NCBI GenBank assembly: GCA_964202905.1
Contig: CAXNJO010000008.1
Span: 162,099 to 226,098 of the forward strand
Direction of reading: 5' to 3'
Source: Polyangiales bacterium
Lineage (GTDB): Bacteria > Myxococcota_A > Polyangia > Polyangiales > JADJQN01
Length of the DNA: 64,000 bases
In this document: positions 47,668-59,700 of the stretch, in pieces
Numbering within the stretch: the stretch's first letter is position 1
How the letters are laid out: every line of letters starts with the position of its first letter
Notes under the pieces: model-generated
The model's database searches: none
Told to the model about the DNA's origin: nothing
The model's input: only the letters and a program-made list of their open reading frames with translations
Made by a program: the position numbers and the translations under genes

Positions 47668-48437
47668 TCTCCAGGTGACCGAAACACCTTCTCCCGATGC
47701 CACGCCAAATACCCCCGATGCGCGCTCCCGAGCCCGCCGACGCGCACGGCGCCGCTGAGCCCCAGAATGGCTCGTTGCTCTTCGCTCAAGCGCGCTGACA
47801 CGATGACCGCCCCGTCATCGCCCACAGTGATCCACCCGCCGTCGAACGCCGCGTCCATGTGCGGCGTGAGCAGGAGCCCGTTGAACACGTCGAGGCGCTC
47901 GGCGTCGGTGTCGCAGGCGGCCCAGGGCTTGATGTGGCTCGCGCGCAGCAGCTCGACGACGCCGAGCCCGGTGATCGCGCACTGGCCCTCCCAGTAGTCG
48001 AGAAGGCCGGCGCGGAACACGTCCTGGCCGATGCGCTGGATCACCAGGCGCTCGATCTCGGTCGCTCGCGGGAGCGCGGCGGTCTGCTTCTCGAAGAGGT
48101 GCAGCAGCTCGTCGGGCAAGGTCTTGCTGAGCTGGAACGCGCGGCGCACGAGCCTGTGCAGCGCGGGGATGTCGACGACGGTGCGGCCGGCGGCGGCACC
48201 GGGCGGCAGCGGTGCGACCATCGGCGTGCCGTACTCGCCGAGCGCGCGCGACGTGGAGCTGGGAGAACGCGGCGATGAACACGGCGTCGCCGAACACGGT
48301 GAGCCAGAGCCGCAGCGGCGCTTGCGTGCTCGCGAAGGCGAGCCAGTCGCCCTCGCGCGGGAGGTCGCGGTCGAAGCCGTTGTCGACGGCGACCTTCTCG
48401 AGTGCGGGCGTAGTCGCAGGGTGTGGGCCATCGTCAT
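47637..48437 (-). CDS. HNH endonuclease (two internal frameshifts; 3' end runs into the IS3 IR)
   Basis: RIGQDVFRAGLLDYWEGQCAITG, LRASHIKPW, NGLLL..HMDAAFD, YLAWHR; the N-terminal LEKVAVDNGFD segment is in another frame. Confidence 0.85.
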   Translation of the reverse strand: MTMAHTLRLRPHSRRSPSTTASTATSRARATGSPSRARKRRCGSGSPCSATPCSSPRSPSSTSRALGEYGTPMVAPLPPGAAAGRTVVDIPALHRLVRRAFQLSKTLPDELLHLFEKQTAALPRATEIERLVIQRIGQDVFRAGLLDYWEGQCAITGLGVVELLRASHIKPWAACDTDAERLDVFNGLLLTPHMDAAFDGGWITVGDDGAVIVSARLSEEQRAILGLSGAVRVGGLGSAHRGYLAWHREKVFRSPGDEPPPVLRTV

Positions 48438-48907
48438 CGCGCTCGTCCAGGGCCACGCGTCGATCGCGATCGCCGCGAGGCTGCGGCATTCGGCCAACAG
48501 GCTGTTGGCCACGCATCGTCGCCGGTCAGCGTCGTGCGCCCGTCGAGGCCGTCGTCGACAGCGGCGCTCTCGTGACGCTTCTGGCTCGCGCCCTTCTCAC
48601 GCGCGGATTCATCACGAGCCTCGTGATGAATCTCGGGCCGCCTCGCTCGGTGCTGGAGGTAGAAGAGCCTGGAGTACCGCGGGTTCGCGACCGAGAAGCC
48701 CCGTCCGACCGCGGCCTGGAGGCGGACCGACAGCGCCTCGAACACCTGCTCGCCGTATCCGGCCGGGGGCCCGCCCTCCTGCACGACCTCCACGAGCTCG
48801 CGACCGATGCGCCAGCACGAGAGCCCCATCTCGCTGTCGACGGTGCGGACGACGCGAGCGCGCGCCGCGTACATCGCACCCAGGCGCGTTCTAGGGGCGC
48901 TCGTCAT
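48434..48907 (-). pseudogene. DUF1016 N-terminal domain only (degenerate YhcG fragment)
   Basis: WRIGRELVEVVQEG...YGEQVFEALSVRL...GRGFSVAN..Y.RLFY. Confidence 0.7.
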
Positions 48908-50004
48908 CGGCGCAGCCTCTTCCCACGCCCGCCGTCAGGCTCATCGGCCTCGAGCTGCGCGTAGAGCTCATGCAGCTTGCGGCGCAGCACGGCTTTGGGC
49001 GGCAGCATCGTCTGGTACTCGGCGACGAGCGTTGGAGAGCTGGTGCGCGCGAGCGCGTACTCGACGACCTCGTCGTCTTTCGTCGCGCAGAGCAGGACGC
49101 CGATCGAGGGGCGCTCGTGCGGCTTCTTCACGTCGCGGTCGAGTGCCTCGACGTAGAAGCTGAGCTGGCCGAGGTCGGCGGGCTTGAACTTGTCGACCTT
49201 CAGCTCGAAGGCGACGAGGCATTGCAGCGCGCGGTGGAAGAACACGAGGTCGATCGCGAAGTCCTGGTGGCCGACCTGGACCGGATACTCGGAGCCCACG
49301 AAGCAGAAGTCGCGACCGAGCTCGGTGATGAAGCGCCCGAGGTTGCGCAAGAGCGCGCCATGCAGGTCGGCCTCCGAGTGACCCTCCTGCACCGACAGGA
49401 ACTCGAGGCTGTAGGCGTTCTTCAGCTCGTCGATCGCGGTCGGATGGATTTGTGCCACCGCTGGCGACACTCTCTTCGCGACCGGGTCGCTCCGCAGGAC
49501 CGCAGCCGACTGGATCTGGCGCTCGAGCTCGCGCTTCGTCCACCGGTTCTTGATGGCCGCGAGCATGTAGAACTCGCGGGTCTCGGGCGGCTTCGCTTGG
49601 CTGAGGATGATGAGGTGATGGGTCCACGGCAAATGTGTCACCAGCGGTGACACTTTCTTTCGGCCCCTGTACGCCTCGAAGAACTGCCGCATCCGGAAGA
49701 GGTTCCGCCGCGTGTAGCCGCGCATCCCCGGATAGCGGCGAGCGAGGGTGGCCGCGAGCTCGTCGACGACGCCGTCGCCCCACTCGGCCTTCTCGAGCTT
49801 CTCGCTGAGATGCGCGCCGAGCTGCCAGTAGAGGCTGACGAGCTCCGTGTTGACCGCCTGGTAGGCGCGGTTTCGCGCGGCCTCGATGAGCGCGAGCACC
49901 TCCGCGAACCGGGCCTCGTCGGACGCGAGCGCGCTCGATTGTCTCACCGCCGGCGAGACTCTCTTCGCCCCCGCCTTCACGCCCTTCTTGCGCGGCGCCC
50001 CCAT
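48904..50004 (-). CDS. YhcG/DUF1016 PD-(D/E)XK nuclease domain protein
   Basis: LYWQLG, LPWTHH, SEADL..ALL, ELGRDFCFVG, IDLVFFHRALQCLVAFELK, GQLSFY. Confidence 0.93.
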   Translation of the reverse strand: MGAPRKKGVKAGAKRVSPAVRQSSALASDEARFAEVLALIEAARNRAYQAVNTELVSLYWQLGAHLSEKLEKAEWGDGVVDELAATLARRYPGMRGYTRRNLFRMRQFFEAYRGRKKVSPLVTHLPWTHHLIILSQAKPPETREFYMLAAIKNRWTKRELERQIQSAAVLRSDPVAKRVSPAVAQIHPTAIDELKNAYSLEFLSVQEGHSEADLHGALLRNLGRFITELGRDFCFVGSEYPVQVGHQDFAIDLVFFHRALQCLVAFELKVDKFKPADLGQLSFYVEALDRDVKKPHERPSIGVLLCATKDDEVVEYALARTSSPTLVAEYQTMLPPKAVLRRKLHELYAQLEADEPDGGRGKRLRR

Positions 50005-53000
50005 CACCCCTTGCTTCCCCGCGTATCCGGATGCGCCACCCGCGGATCCGCCGCCGGCGGGTCGAGCCGCGTCTGATACGCCGTCCCAGTCCGCGCAGCG
50101 TCCGCCATCGCGTCGTAGATCTCGAGGATGACGCGCTTGGTGCGGTACTCGCCGTGCGCCTTCTCGTCGTGCTTCCGGACTATCGGAAACGTGTCCATCA
50201 CGTAGTCGGTGTCGTCGCGCGAGAGGCCGTAGAGATGGAAGAACGCTGCGTCGAGCTCGCAGCGCAGGAGGAAGCGGCGCTCGGGATCCCAGCGGAACGG
50301 CGGCCCGTCGTAGCCGACGTCGTGCGCGAAGGGCTCGAGATCCCAGGCGGTGTAGGTGAGTTCGAGGACGCGGGGTAGGAGCCAGTCGCACAGAGTATCG
50401 ACAACGGACCACGGCGACTTCGCACGAAAAACGGACGGGCCGAGAACTGGCAGTTGACGCATCGTGAAGTACTTCAGACCCGTGCCGCCAATCTTCTGCC
50501 GGGACGCGTAGTCCAGGGCATAGCTACACAGGCACGCGTACATGGACGCGACAAGCGACGGTACCGCTGACGGGAGCAACAACGAGAACTTGTCATTCAC
50601 GGCTGCCTTGGGAATCAGGCAAGCAATCAACGTTCGCGCGCTCGACCGCGCGTCCGTGACATCTCGCCATCCAAGAAGCCACTCGTGACGCCACACGTCT
50701 TGCAATCGCGAATCCACCTCTCGTTCTGGCACCCAGTAACGCGGTGACGTGACATGCCTCGGGTCGACCAGTTTCACATCCGGAGTCTGAGGAAGGATGT
50801 GCTCTCGCTCGCCTGGACCTAGCAGTGCAAAATCACCAAAGCGATGATTCAGCAAATACACCATCTTCGCCTCAATAAGAGGCAGCGCTCGCTCATCCCC
50901 GAGCACGTACGTATTGCCGTCTCGTCGCCAGCAAGCCGCATTCAAATCAGCGTGAGTCCGAAACAACGCCGAGTCGTTGGCCATATGGAGCATCGCCATG
51001 AAGCGCACGCCCCACGGATTGCCATCCGGCGTCCCGCCCTCTCTCCAGAGGACGCCCGCGCGACGATAGAGGCCGAGGTTGATCTCGGCATCACGTCGAA
51101 ACTTGAGGACTGGACAGGTTCTCGTATTGGGGTTCAGGAGTTCGATGTCGCTTGCAGTCAAGCTGTAGACGCGTGCGGGATCACGCAATGAAACAGGGTC
51201 ACGAACGAACGCGGAGAAACTCGGCGCCGCAACTTGTTCGACCGCGAGTATCAGCAGGCAGAAGTTGACACGATGGTCGATGCCCCTGAAGAGTCATGGC
51301 TTCGTTCTCGAAGCCAAAGAAATCCGGCGAGATTCCGTCGACTCATAAGATCGGAGAAGAACTCCTTGGTGGTATCGTCGGTGGCGATGCCCGTCGGCAC
51401 AATGAACCCGGCTCGTCCTCTTGAACCGAGGAGATGCCTGTTGTGTTCGGCGAAGATGGCATAGGTGTTGACATCTCCTCTGCCGCAGAGTGGATAACGA
51501 CCAGACTGTCGAATGAGTTGACTCTCGCCTTCGGCCCGCCGACTCGCTGCACACCATTCATCCCAAAGCTTTGGGTCGTTGTCAGCGAGCTTCGCGAGCA
51601 GCCGCTTTCTCGCTGCAGAGTTTATCGCCGCTGAGATTTCATCGCTTCGCGACGCGAAGAACTCCTGCTCTTGGAGCTTCACGCGCTCCCAAGGCGGATT
51701 TCCGAGAACGACGTCGAACCCGCCGCGAATGAACACCTGCGGAAACGCCAGGTGCCAGTGCACGAAGCGATTCTTCTCGGCGAGGTCCTGCGTCGTCGTC
51801 ACTGTGAGCGCGGGCGGCTTCGCTTTCCCATCACGGATCTGCCGCCAGACCTCATTGGTGGGCGCAGCCTCAGCGAGCGCGCCTGTCCGCTTCGGCCACA
51901 CGAACGCTGCGCACCACGCGTCCGCCACGAGCTTCTCGTGCCGGTACGCTGCCGACTCGAGGATCTCGTCCGCAGGCCGCTCTTCCTTCTTCGCCAGCGC
52001 CTCGGCGTCCGCATCTGACGTGGCCTCGAGCTCGCGGGCTGCGCGGGCGACGACCTCCGCGGCTGCTGCGGTCGCATTTGGCGAGAGGTCGAGTGAACGC
52101 TGCCCACCCGCCCCAGCCTTGTTCCGCTTCTTGAGCGCGCTCGCGACCTTCTTGTCGTCGCCTTCAATGGGATCCCACGCGGCGTCGGGGATGCCCTTCG
52201 CCATCAACTCGGGCGTCGTGCCGAGGAGCGCATTGCCGTGCTGGATGTGCGAGTTGAGGAATGTGAGCGGCAGCCCGGGCTCCACGGCCTCCATCCACAG
52301 GCTCACCTTGCACAGCTCGACGGCCATCGGGTTCAGGTCGACGCCGTAGATGCAGCGGCCGATCACCTGTCGGAGCGCGTGTCGGTATTCGGCCGCGGAC
52401 GGCGTGCCGTTCGCTTGGCGGCGCGCGACGTGGGCCGCGAGACGTCGGGCGGCGGCTAGCAGGAAGTGGCCGGAGCCGCACGCGGGGTCGACGATGGAGA
52501 GCTGGAGCAGCGCCTCGACGGGCTTGTCGGGGTTCGCGGCGACCGTGCTCTCGATGACGGGCTCGAGCGCGCTGTCGAGCAACACCTGCACGAGACTGTC
52601 GGGTGTGTAGTAGCTGCCGCTCGTCTTGCGCGCGTTGCCCTTCGTCTCGCCGCCCGTCGCGAACGCGAACTGCCTGCCGTCCTTCGTGATCTGCGGGACC
52701 AGCTCGAGCAGGCTCTCGTAGACCGTGCCGAGCTCCTCGGGGCCCATGTCGCGCCAGTTCACGCGCGAGAGGCTCGCGTCCTCGCGGATCCACGAGAGCT
52801 TGAACATCGCGAGCAGCAGATACCGATTCTCGAGCCTGCCGGCATCGAGCGCCGGGCACTGGCTCTGCGCGAAGAGCCCCGCGAGCGCGGGGAGACCGAG
52901 GCGCGGCTCGCCGCCCGCGAGCCCGCGGAAGACGATTTTCGTCGCGTCCCAGAGGTCCGCGAAGCGGTCGTGCGCGCTGCGTTTCACGGCGCTGAAGCCC

Positions 53001-54006
53001 GGAGCGCCTGAGGCCGTAGCCCTCGGCGTAGAATCGCCACGGCCCGCTGGTCGGCGCCGACGAAGTGCAGGAGCCCGCGCTCCTCCACGGTGAGCAGGAA
53101 GATGACGCGATAGACGAGGCGCAGGAGTTGGTTGAAATAGTCTCGCGTCGAGAGCGTTCCGTCCTGGAGCGCGCTGCGCAACGCATGGTTGTCAGGGTGC
53201 GCGAGGAAGCCCTGCCCAAGCGCCGCGAGCGCCTCCTCGACGCCGTCGCGCAGATGCTCGCGGGCGCGCGTGCCCTGCTGTTTCCCCGCTTCGCGCCACG
53301 TCTCGAGCGCGCACTCGGAGACGGCCTGATCGGCCTCGCCGAAGCGCGTCTCGTGCGCGAGCAGCCAGAGCGCGGCGAAGTCTGCGAAGCGCTCTTCGGC
53401 GAAGATGCGGCCGAGGTCAGCTTCGATCCAGGCAGGTCTCGTGAGGCTCGCGTTGTCACGCGCGATGCGCAGCGTGAGACCGTCCGACACGATGCCCCAG
53501 AGCGCACGCTCCTCGGCGTTCAAGTACTCCTGCACGAGGCCGAACGCGCTGCGTCGGCGTGCAGCGTCACCGAAGCGCACATCGAGCGTGTCGAGCCCAA
53601 TGCCCGCGGGCGCGATGACGACGGGCACGCGCAGCCCGAGCGCAGAGAAGCCGATCGGATAGGCACGATCAGCCACGACGGTCGTTGGAACCGCCGCGAG
53701 CGAGCTGAAGCCGAAGCTCTCGCGCAAGAGTGTGAGGACGAACCGCTGCGCGAGCGCGCTCGGCTCGGCGTTGGCTGCGCGACCCCTCGCGAAGTCGCCC
53801 CAGTGCGCCTGCGCGATGCGCCAATAGCGGCCGATCTCGTCGCGGAGATTGAGACCTTTGGGTATGCGGTAGTCAGGTTCGGACTGCTGCGCCGCGGCGA
53901 GCTGCGCGACGTGCGATAGCCACTCGGGCGCGAGCAGGCCGCCTTCAATCTCGAGCGCCTCGAAGGCGAGCTGCGCGGCGCTCTTGAGCGTCTTGCGGCG
54001 GGCCAT
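50004..54006 (-). CDS. Large N6-adenine DNA methyltransferase (Eco57I/type IIG-like, DrmMI-like), split by frameshifts near 53000-53040 and 51290-51320
   Basis: EELGTVYESLLE, RKTSGSYYTP, DPACGSGHFL, GVDLNPMAVELCK, FDVVLGNPPW, LNPNTRTCP, RCELDAAFFHLYG spread over ORFs 52984..54006, 51251..52987 and 50004..51188. Confidence 0.9.
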
Positions 54007-54007
54007 C

Positions 54008-56793
54008 TCAGCTCACCGCCGGCAGCAACACGAAGATGCCGATGACGTCCGCGGGCAAGAGCGCCTTCACCGCATACGAGCCGCGCGCATCGGCGGCCTC
54101 GCGCACACGACGATGATCAGTCAGCAGCGCCTGCGCGCGGCGCTCTGCGAACGCATCGAGCTCACCGCGTCGTCCGCGTAGCTGCTCGAGCGCCTGCGTG
54201 ACGGCGCGCTCGCGTACATGGGGAGGCGGGTCAGTCGCGGGGGGAGGCGCGAGCAGCGCGAGGGCGTCTTGCCCCTCGACGGGCGTGCTCGACGAGCCCT
54301 TCCACGCGAGCGCGGTCGCCTCCTCGACGAGCAGCGTCGAGGTGCGGCCGACCTTCTGCGAGACGAGCTGATGCCGCAGGCGCAGGAGCAGCACCGTCGT
54401 GCGCTCCTCGACGCTGCTCGACACCCAGCAGCCCACGCGCCCGAGCACGCCGGGATCGCGCGCGGCGTCGTCGATGTCGGCCGCGAGCGTGCGCTCGAGC
54501 AGCGTCTCGGCGAGCACCGCGACGAGCGGATGGCTGCGCTGCACGGGCCGGCAGCGCGGCGCAGGCGGGTAGTCGAAGTCCACGAGCACGGTGCCAGCGA
54601 GCCCCTCCGACTCGAGGCGCTCGCGCACGTCCTCGGGCAGCGCAGCGACGGCGCCTTGTACCCACGCTTCTGCCGCTCGAGCCCAGAGCCGAGGCGCGAG
54701 AGCGCGCGCTCGGTGAAGCGCTGCACATCCTCGCGACCACCGACGGCGGCGAGCGTCTTGTTCCACTCGGGGAGCACGTCCTCGGGCTTGAGGCGTCGCT
54801 GCGCGAAGACGGTGCGGTTGCGCTTCGCCTTCTCGGCGGCGTCGGTCCACTTGGTCTCGAAGAGCGCGAGCTGCTTCATCTCGGCTGTCGGCAACGTGCC
54901 GTGTCGCCGCAGCAACACGGACTTGAGCAGCACCTCGGTCAGCGACGCGCCCTCGGTCGGCACCGGGACGGGCACGCCGAGCTCGTCGCGAATCTTCGCG
55001 GCCTTCCGCAGAATGACTTGCAGGACGGCGCCATCGACGGGGTTGTTCGCGCCGTACATCAGCGTCGCGCGGACGACCGGGCTCTTCTGCCCGAAGCGAT
55101 CGACGCGACCTTCGCGCTGCTCGTGCCGCGTCGGGTTCCACGAGAGGTCGTAGTGGACGACGGCGTCGAAGCCGTCCTGAAGGTTGACGCCCTCGGAGAG
55201 ACAGTCGGTCGCGATGAGCAGCCGCTGCTCGACGGTCTCGGGATCGCAGAGCCGCTCGATCTTCTCGCGGCGCTCGTCGGCCGTGAGCTCGCCCGTGATG
55301 ACGCCGACGGTGACGTTCTTGAACTTGCCGTCGAGGTGCCGGTGCAGGTAGTGCGCGGTCGAGATGTACCGGCAGAAGACGACGGGGTTGAACTTATCCT
55401 TGATGAGTTCGGCGACGTGGTCCGTCAGCACCTTCAGCTTCGGATCGCCCGACTGCCCGGCGAGCTTCTCTGCGCTCGCGATGAGCGCGGCGAGCTTCGG
55501 ATCGTCGCTGCCCGCGGGCGGCTCGATGTCGTCGTCGGGGAGCGAGTCCTCGTTGCCATCGAACACGCGGTCGAGCAGCGCCTCGCGCTCGTCCTCGCCC
55601 GTCATGAGTCCGGCGCGCGTACGCAACGCCGAGACGGCAGCCACGGGGCTCGACGCCGCGCAGCGCAAGAGCGCGAGCGTGCCCCAGAAGTTCACGCGCT
55701 GATGCCGCGCGTCGTCGCCCGCCTCGACGACGTCCGCGCAGTAGTCGAGCACCGCGTCGAAGAACTCGTTCCACGGGCCCGTGAGCTTGTAGGTCAGCTC
55801 CTTCGTCTCGCGCTTCGGGAAGAGGTTGTGCTCGTTCCACTCCGTGATGTCGGGCCGCCGCCGCTGCACGAACTGCGCGGCGAGCCGAGCGCGCAGGGCC
55901 GCGCGCTCGAGCCCCTCGGGCACGTCGGCGAGCTGCTCGAAGTCCGTGTTGAGCAAGCCGAGCAAGCGGAAGAACGCGGCCTCGTCGCCGCTGTGCGGAG
56001 TCGCGGTGAGCAGCACGAGGTGCCGTCGTTGCGACTCGCCGAGCCCGCGCAGCAGCTCGTAGCGCTGATGCCGACCGGGCCCCGTGGACGCGCAGGTGTG
56101 CGCCTCGTCCACAATGACGAAATCGGGGCACGCGCGCAGAAACTCGCTGCGCCGCTTCTCGCTCTTGATGTAGTCGAGGCTGACGACCGTGTGCGGATGC
56201 GCGTTGAAGATGCTCTCGCTCGGCGGGAGGTTGCGCTCGAGTCGCGCAGCGCTCGTCGCGGTCACGGCGACCGCCCGAATGTGAAAGCGCGCGTCGAGCT
56301 CGTGAATCCACTGCTCGACGAGGTGCGGTGGGCAGAGCACGGCCGTGCGATCGATCTCGCCGCGATCGAGCAACTCGCGCGCGATGAGCCCCGCCTCGAT
56401 CGTCTTGCCGATGCCGACGTCATCGCCGATGAGCAGTCGCACCGGGTCGAGCTTCAGCGCCATCAGCAGCGGCACGAGCTGATACGCGCGCGGCTCGACC
56501 GCGATCTGACCAAAGCAGCGGAGCGGCCCGGCACCGCGGCGGAGCGAGAGCAAGAGCGCGTCGCGCAGCAAGAGTGCGGCGTCATGCCCCGACTGTTGCC
56601 GCGGGTCGGGCGCAGGGAACGTCGCCTCGGTGACGGGCTCGGTCTCGAGGCCGAGATGAATCAGCGTGTGGTCTTCTTCGGAGCCTGAGATCGGGCGCAC
56701 GCGCAACACCTCGGCGCTGCTCCCGGCGAGCACGATCCACTCGCGCCCTCGAGCGCGCACGAGGCTGCCCGGCGTGTGCTGAGCCGCGGTCAC
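54008..56793 (-). CDS. SNF2-family helicase (DrmD-like); frameshift near 54652; in frame with the upstream helicase
   Basis: PGSLVRARGREW, DDVGIGKT, VDEAH, TATPH, TDCLSEGVNLQ, WNPTRHEQREGRVDRFGQ; C-terminus lies in ORF 54008..55141. Confidence 0.9.
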
Positions 56794-59700
56794 GAGTGCG
56801 CCGAGCGCCGCGCGCAGCTTCACGAAGAGGTCAGGCCATGTGGACTCGTCGGACGCGAAGACGTGCAACTCGAACCCCTTGTCTTCCAGCTTGGTCATGA
56901 CCGATGGCGGCAAGCTCTCGAGGACGGCAGCCGCGTAGTGCGCGCGCCAGATGAGCGGGATCGTGCTGTCCCCGTCGACGTACGGCTCGACGTCCTGGTG
57001 CGGGAGCCCTGCTGCGCGCGCCAGCGCAATCCAGCGAGCCAGCGCCGTACTCGCCGCGGGCGGTGCGCTCGGCCGCGAGCTCTCGCGCGCGATGGGGGCG
57101 ATGTCCACGGTGCGAGAGCGCGCCAGCCGCAGCAGGATCGTCCGCGCGGCGTCGTCGCGGCGGTCGATGCGCTCGTGATCGGGCTGGTTGTAGTACGACA
57201 TTAAGCAGCGGTAGCAGGCTGCGACGCACAGCGTGTTGGGCGCGTCCGTGAGTTCGACCGCGGTCGCCGGCAGGTCGGCTGTGCGCTTCACGTCGAAGTG
57301 CATGATGCCGAGCGCCGTGAGCGCGACCTCGGCCAGCCGCTCGGGTTCCGCCACGAGGCGCGTCAGCACGCCCGCGCCGCCTTCGGTGGCCTCGTAGAAC
57401 AACATGCCGTTGCGCTCCTCGCGCTTCGGCATCGGCTCCCCGAGGATCTCGCCCTCCTCGAGCTGGAACGTCATCTCGATGCCGCGCAGCAGCGCGTATT
57501 GCAGCGTCGCGAGCGTCTCCTGCGAGAGGTCCGGCTCGACGGGCTGCAAGAGGAGCGCGTTCTTCCGGTCCTGCACGCTCGGCACGATCCACTGCCGCGG
57601 AGAGACCGTCGGATCCTTCGGCTCGTCGCCCGCCTCGTCCTCGTTCTTGGCCCAGTAGCCCGAGACAGGATCAATGCGGAAGCCGAGCACCTTCTTGTTC
57701 GCGCGTCGCCGCAGCCCCTTGTTGAGCCGTGTGATCGTCGCGCCCTGCCCATAGCGCAGCACGATGATCTCGCCGTCGACGTCGTGCGCGCCGCCCTTGC
57801 GCACGTCGAGCGTGCCATCGCGTCCAGCCCACTCGAACGTCGTCTGTAGGTCGAAGCCCTGCCGCGTTCGCTCCTCGTCGTTCGCCGTGATGCGCTCGGC
57901 CTGCTGCGTCGCGACGTTCTCGATGCGATAGGTGTTGTTCACGATCTCGGCGTCGCTGAGCGGAGCACCGCAGCCGTGACACGTCGAGACCTCGTCGTTG
58001 AAGTGTCCGCCGCCGCAGCGCACGCAGATGCGCACGTTCTTCGTCGGCAGCTTCGCCTCGACCGTCGAACCCGTCGACGAGTCACCGAGCGCCAGCAGCG
58101 CGCGCACGACGCGATACGCGCGCCCCTCGTGATAGACGAGGCTCCGCGGGCCGAACTCCGAGAGCGCGAGGAAGCGCGGGCGCTGGAGGTACGTCTGTTT
58201 CCCGCGGCCGTCGCTCGTCTGCGGTACATAGGCCATCAGCGGCAGTCGCGGGAAGTTGTACCCAGGGAGGAAGCCCTCGGTCGCGAGGTAGCGGTACGTG
58301 TAGAAGTCGTTCGAGTTGCTGCTCGTCCCCTTCTGCAAGAGGTTGATCTGATCGATCGCCTGCGCGTGACGGCCCCCTGCGGCGCGCTTCTCCGCCTGTG
58401 GTGCGGCGTAGTCGTCCATCGTCCGGCGAGCTGCGTCACGCTGCCGCTCCGCGGCGCTGAAGAGATCACGCCAGCGGCTGAACGCGTCTTTGAACCGGCC
58501 GAACCGCGACGCGGCGGTGAGCGCCACGTACTCGTCGCGCCCGGGATACCAGGGCGCGGTCGTGTCCGTCAGATCCTCCGCGAGCAGATCGAGGAAACGC
58601 TTCATGCGCACCGTCGCCTCGGTCGTGACGTGCGGCGCGGTCATCGTCTTCGCGAGCTCGGGACGCAGCGGACGCGCCGGGTCCTGAAGCACGAGCAGCT
58701 CGGAGATCGACGCGCTCAGCGGCTCGCCCGTACACGCGAGCCACACGGCCGAGAGGTGACTGTCGACGAGGTCGCGGTTTGCGAGATCGAGCAGCGGCGG
58801 CCGCACCTCGCCGTGCACCATCGCTTTCGGATCGCGGAAGAAATACTGGTCGTGCGGCCCCTGCGACGAGCAGTACGTGAGCACCAGCGCTGCCTGACCG
58901 CTGCGGCCCGCGCGACCGCTGCGCTGCACATAGTTGGCCGGCGTCGGCGGCACGTTGCGCAGGTAGACGGCGTTGAGCGCCGAGATGTCTACGCCAAGCT
59001 CCATCGTCGGCGAGCAGAAGAGCACCGGGAGAAAGCGGTTGGACTCCGCAATTTCCCGCAGGTGCTTCTCGTCGCCTGCGAGATCCTCTTGTTCCTTCTC
59101 CCCATAGCGGAAACGCTTCTCGCGGACGGCGCGCTTCTCACCCTCGACCTGCGCCGTGTGCTCGCGCGCCTCGAAGCCGAAGAGCGGGTGCGTCGGCGAG
59201 CGCAGCATCTCCGCGAGGTTTGCGTAGAAGGCGCGGAAGAACGCGTTTTCGGACGACTTGCGCGTGGGCTTCGGCGTGGCCCGCGTGAAGCGCACGCACG
59301 CATCAACGAGCCGCCAGCCGGTCTGCCCACTGAACGGCGTGCTCTCCTCGCACACGAGCCCGTGCTCGCACGCGACCTTGAGCATCCGCTCCACCATCGC
59401 GTCGAACTCCTTCACCTTGAGCGTGGGGGCCGCGCTGCCCCAGACCTTCGACTCGCGCAGGAGTTTGCCGAGCGCACTCCGGGAGCCGCCGCGCACGAAG
59501 AGGTCCTCGTCGCGCTTGTTCTTGCCGCTGATCTCCGGCGACTTGAGCATCAGCCAGCGCGCGCGCCGAAGCTGCTCGTCGCTGCCGAAGCCCCACGGAG
59601 TTCGGATACGGGCGTGCGCCTTGGAGAGCAGCTGCTCACCGACCGCGGGATCGAGCACCTGGGTGCGGATTGCCAACCACTTGCGCATGTGGTCGAGCAG

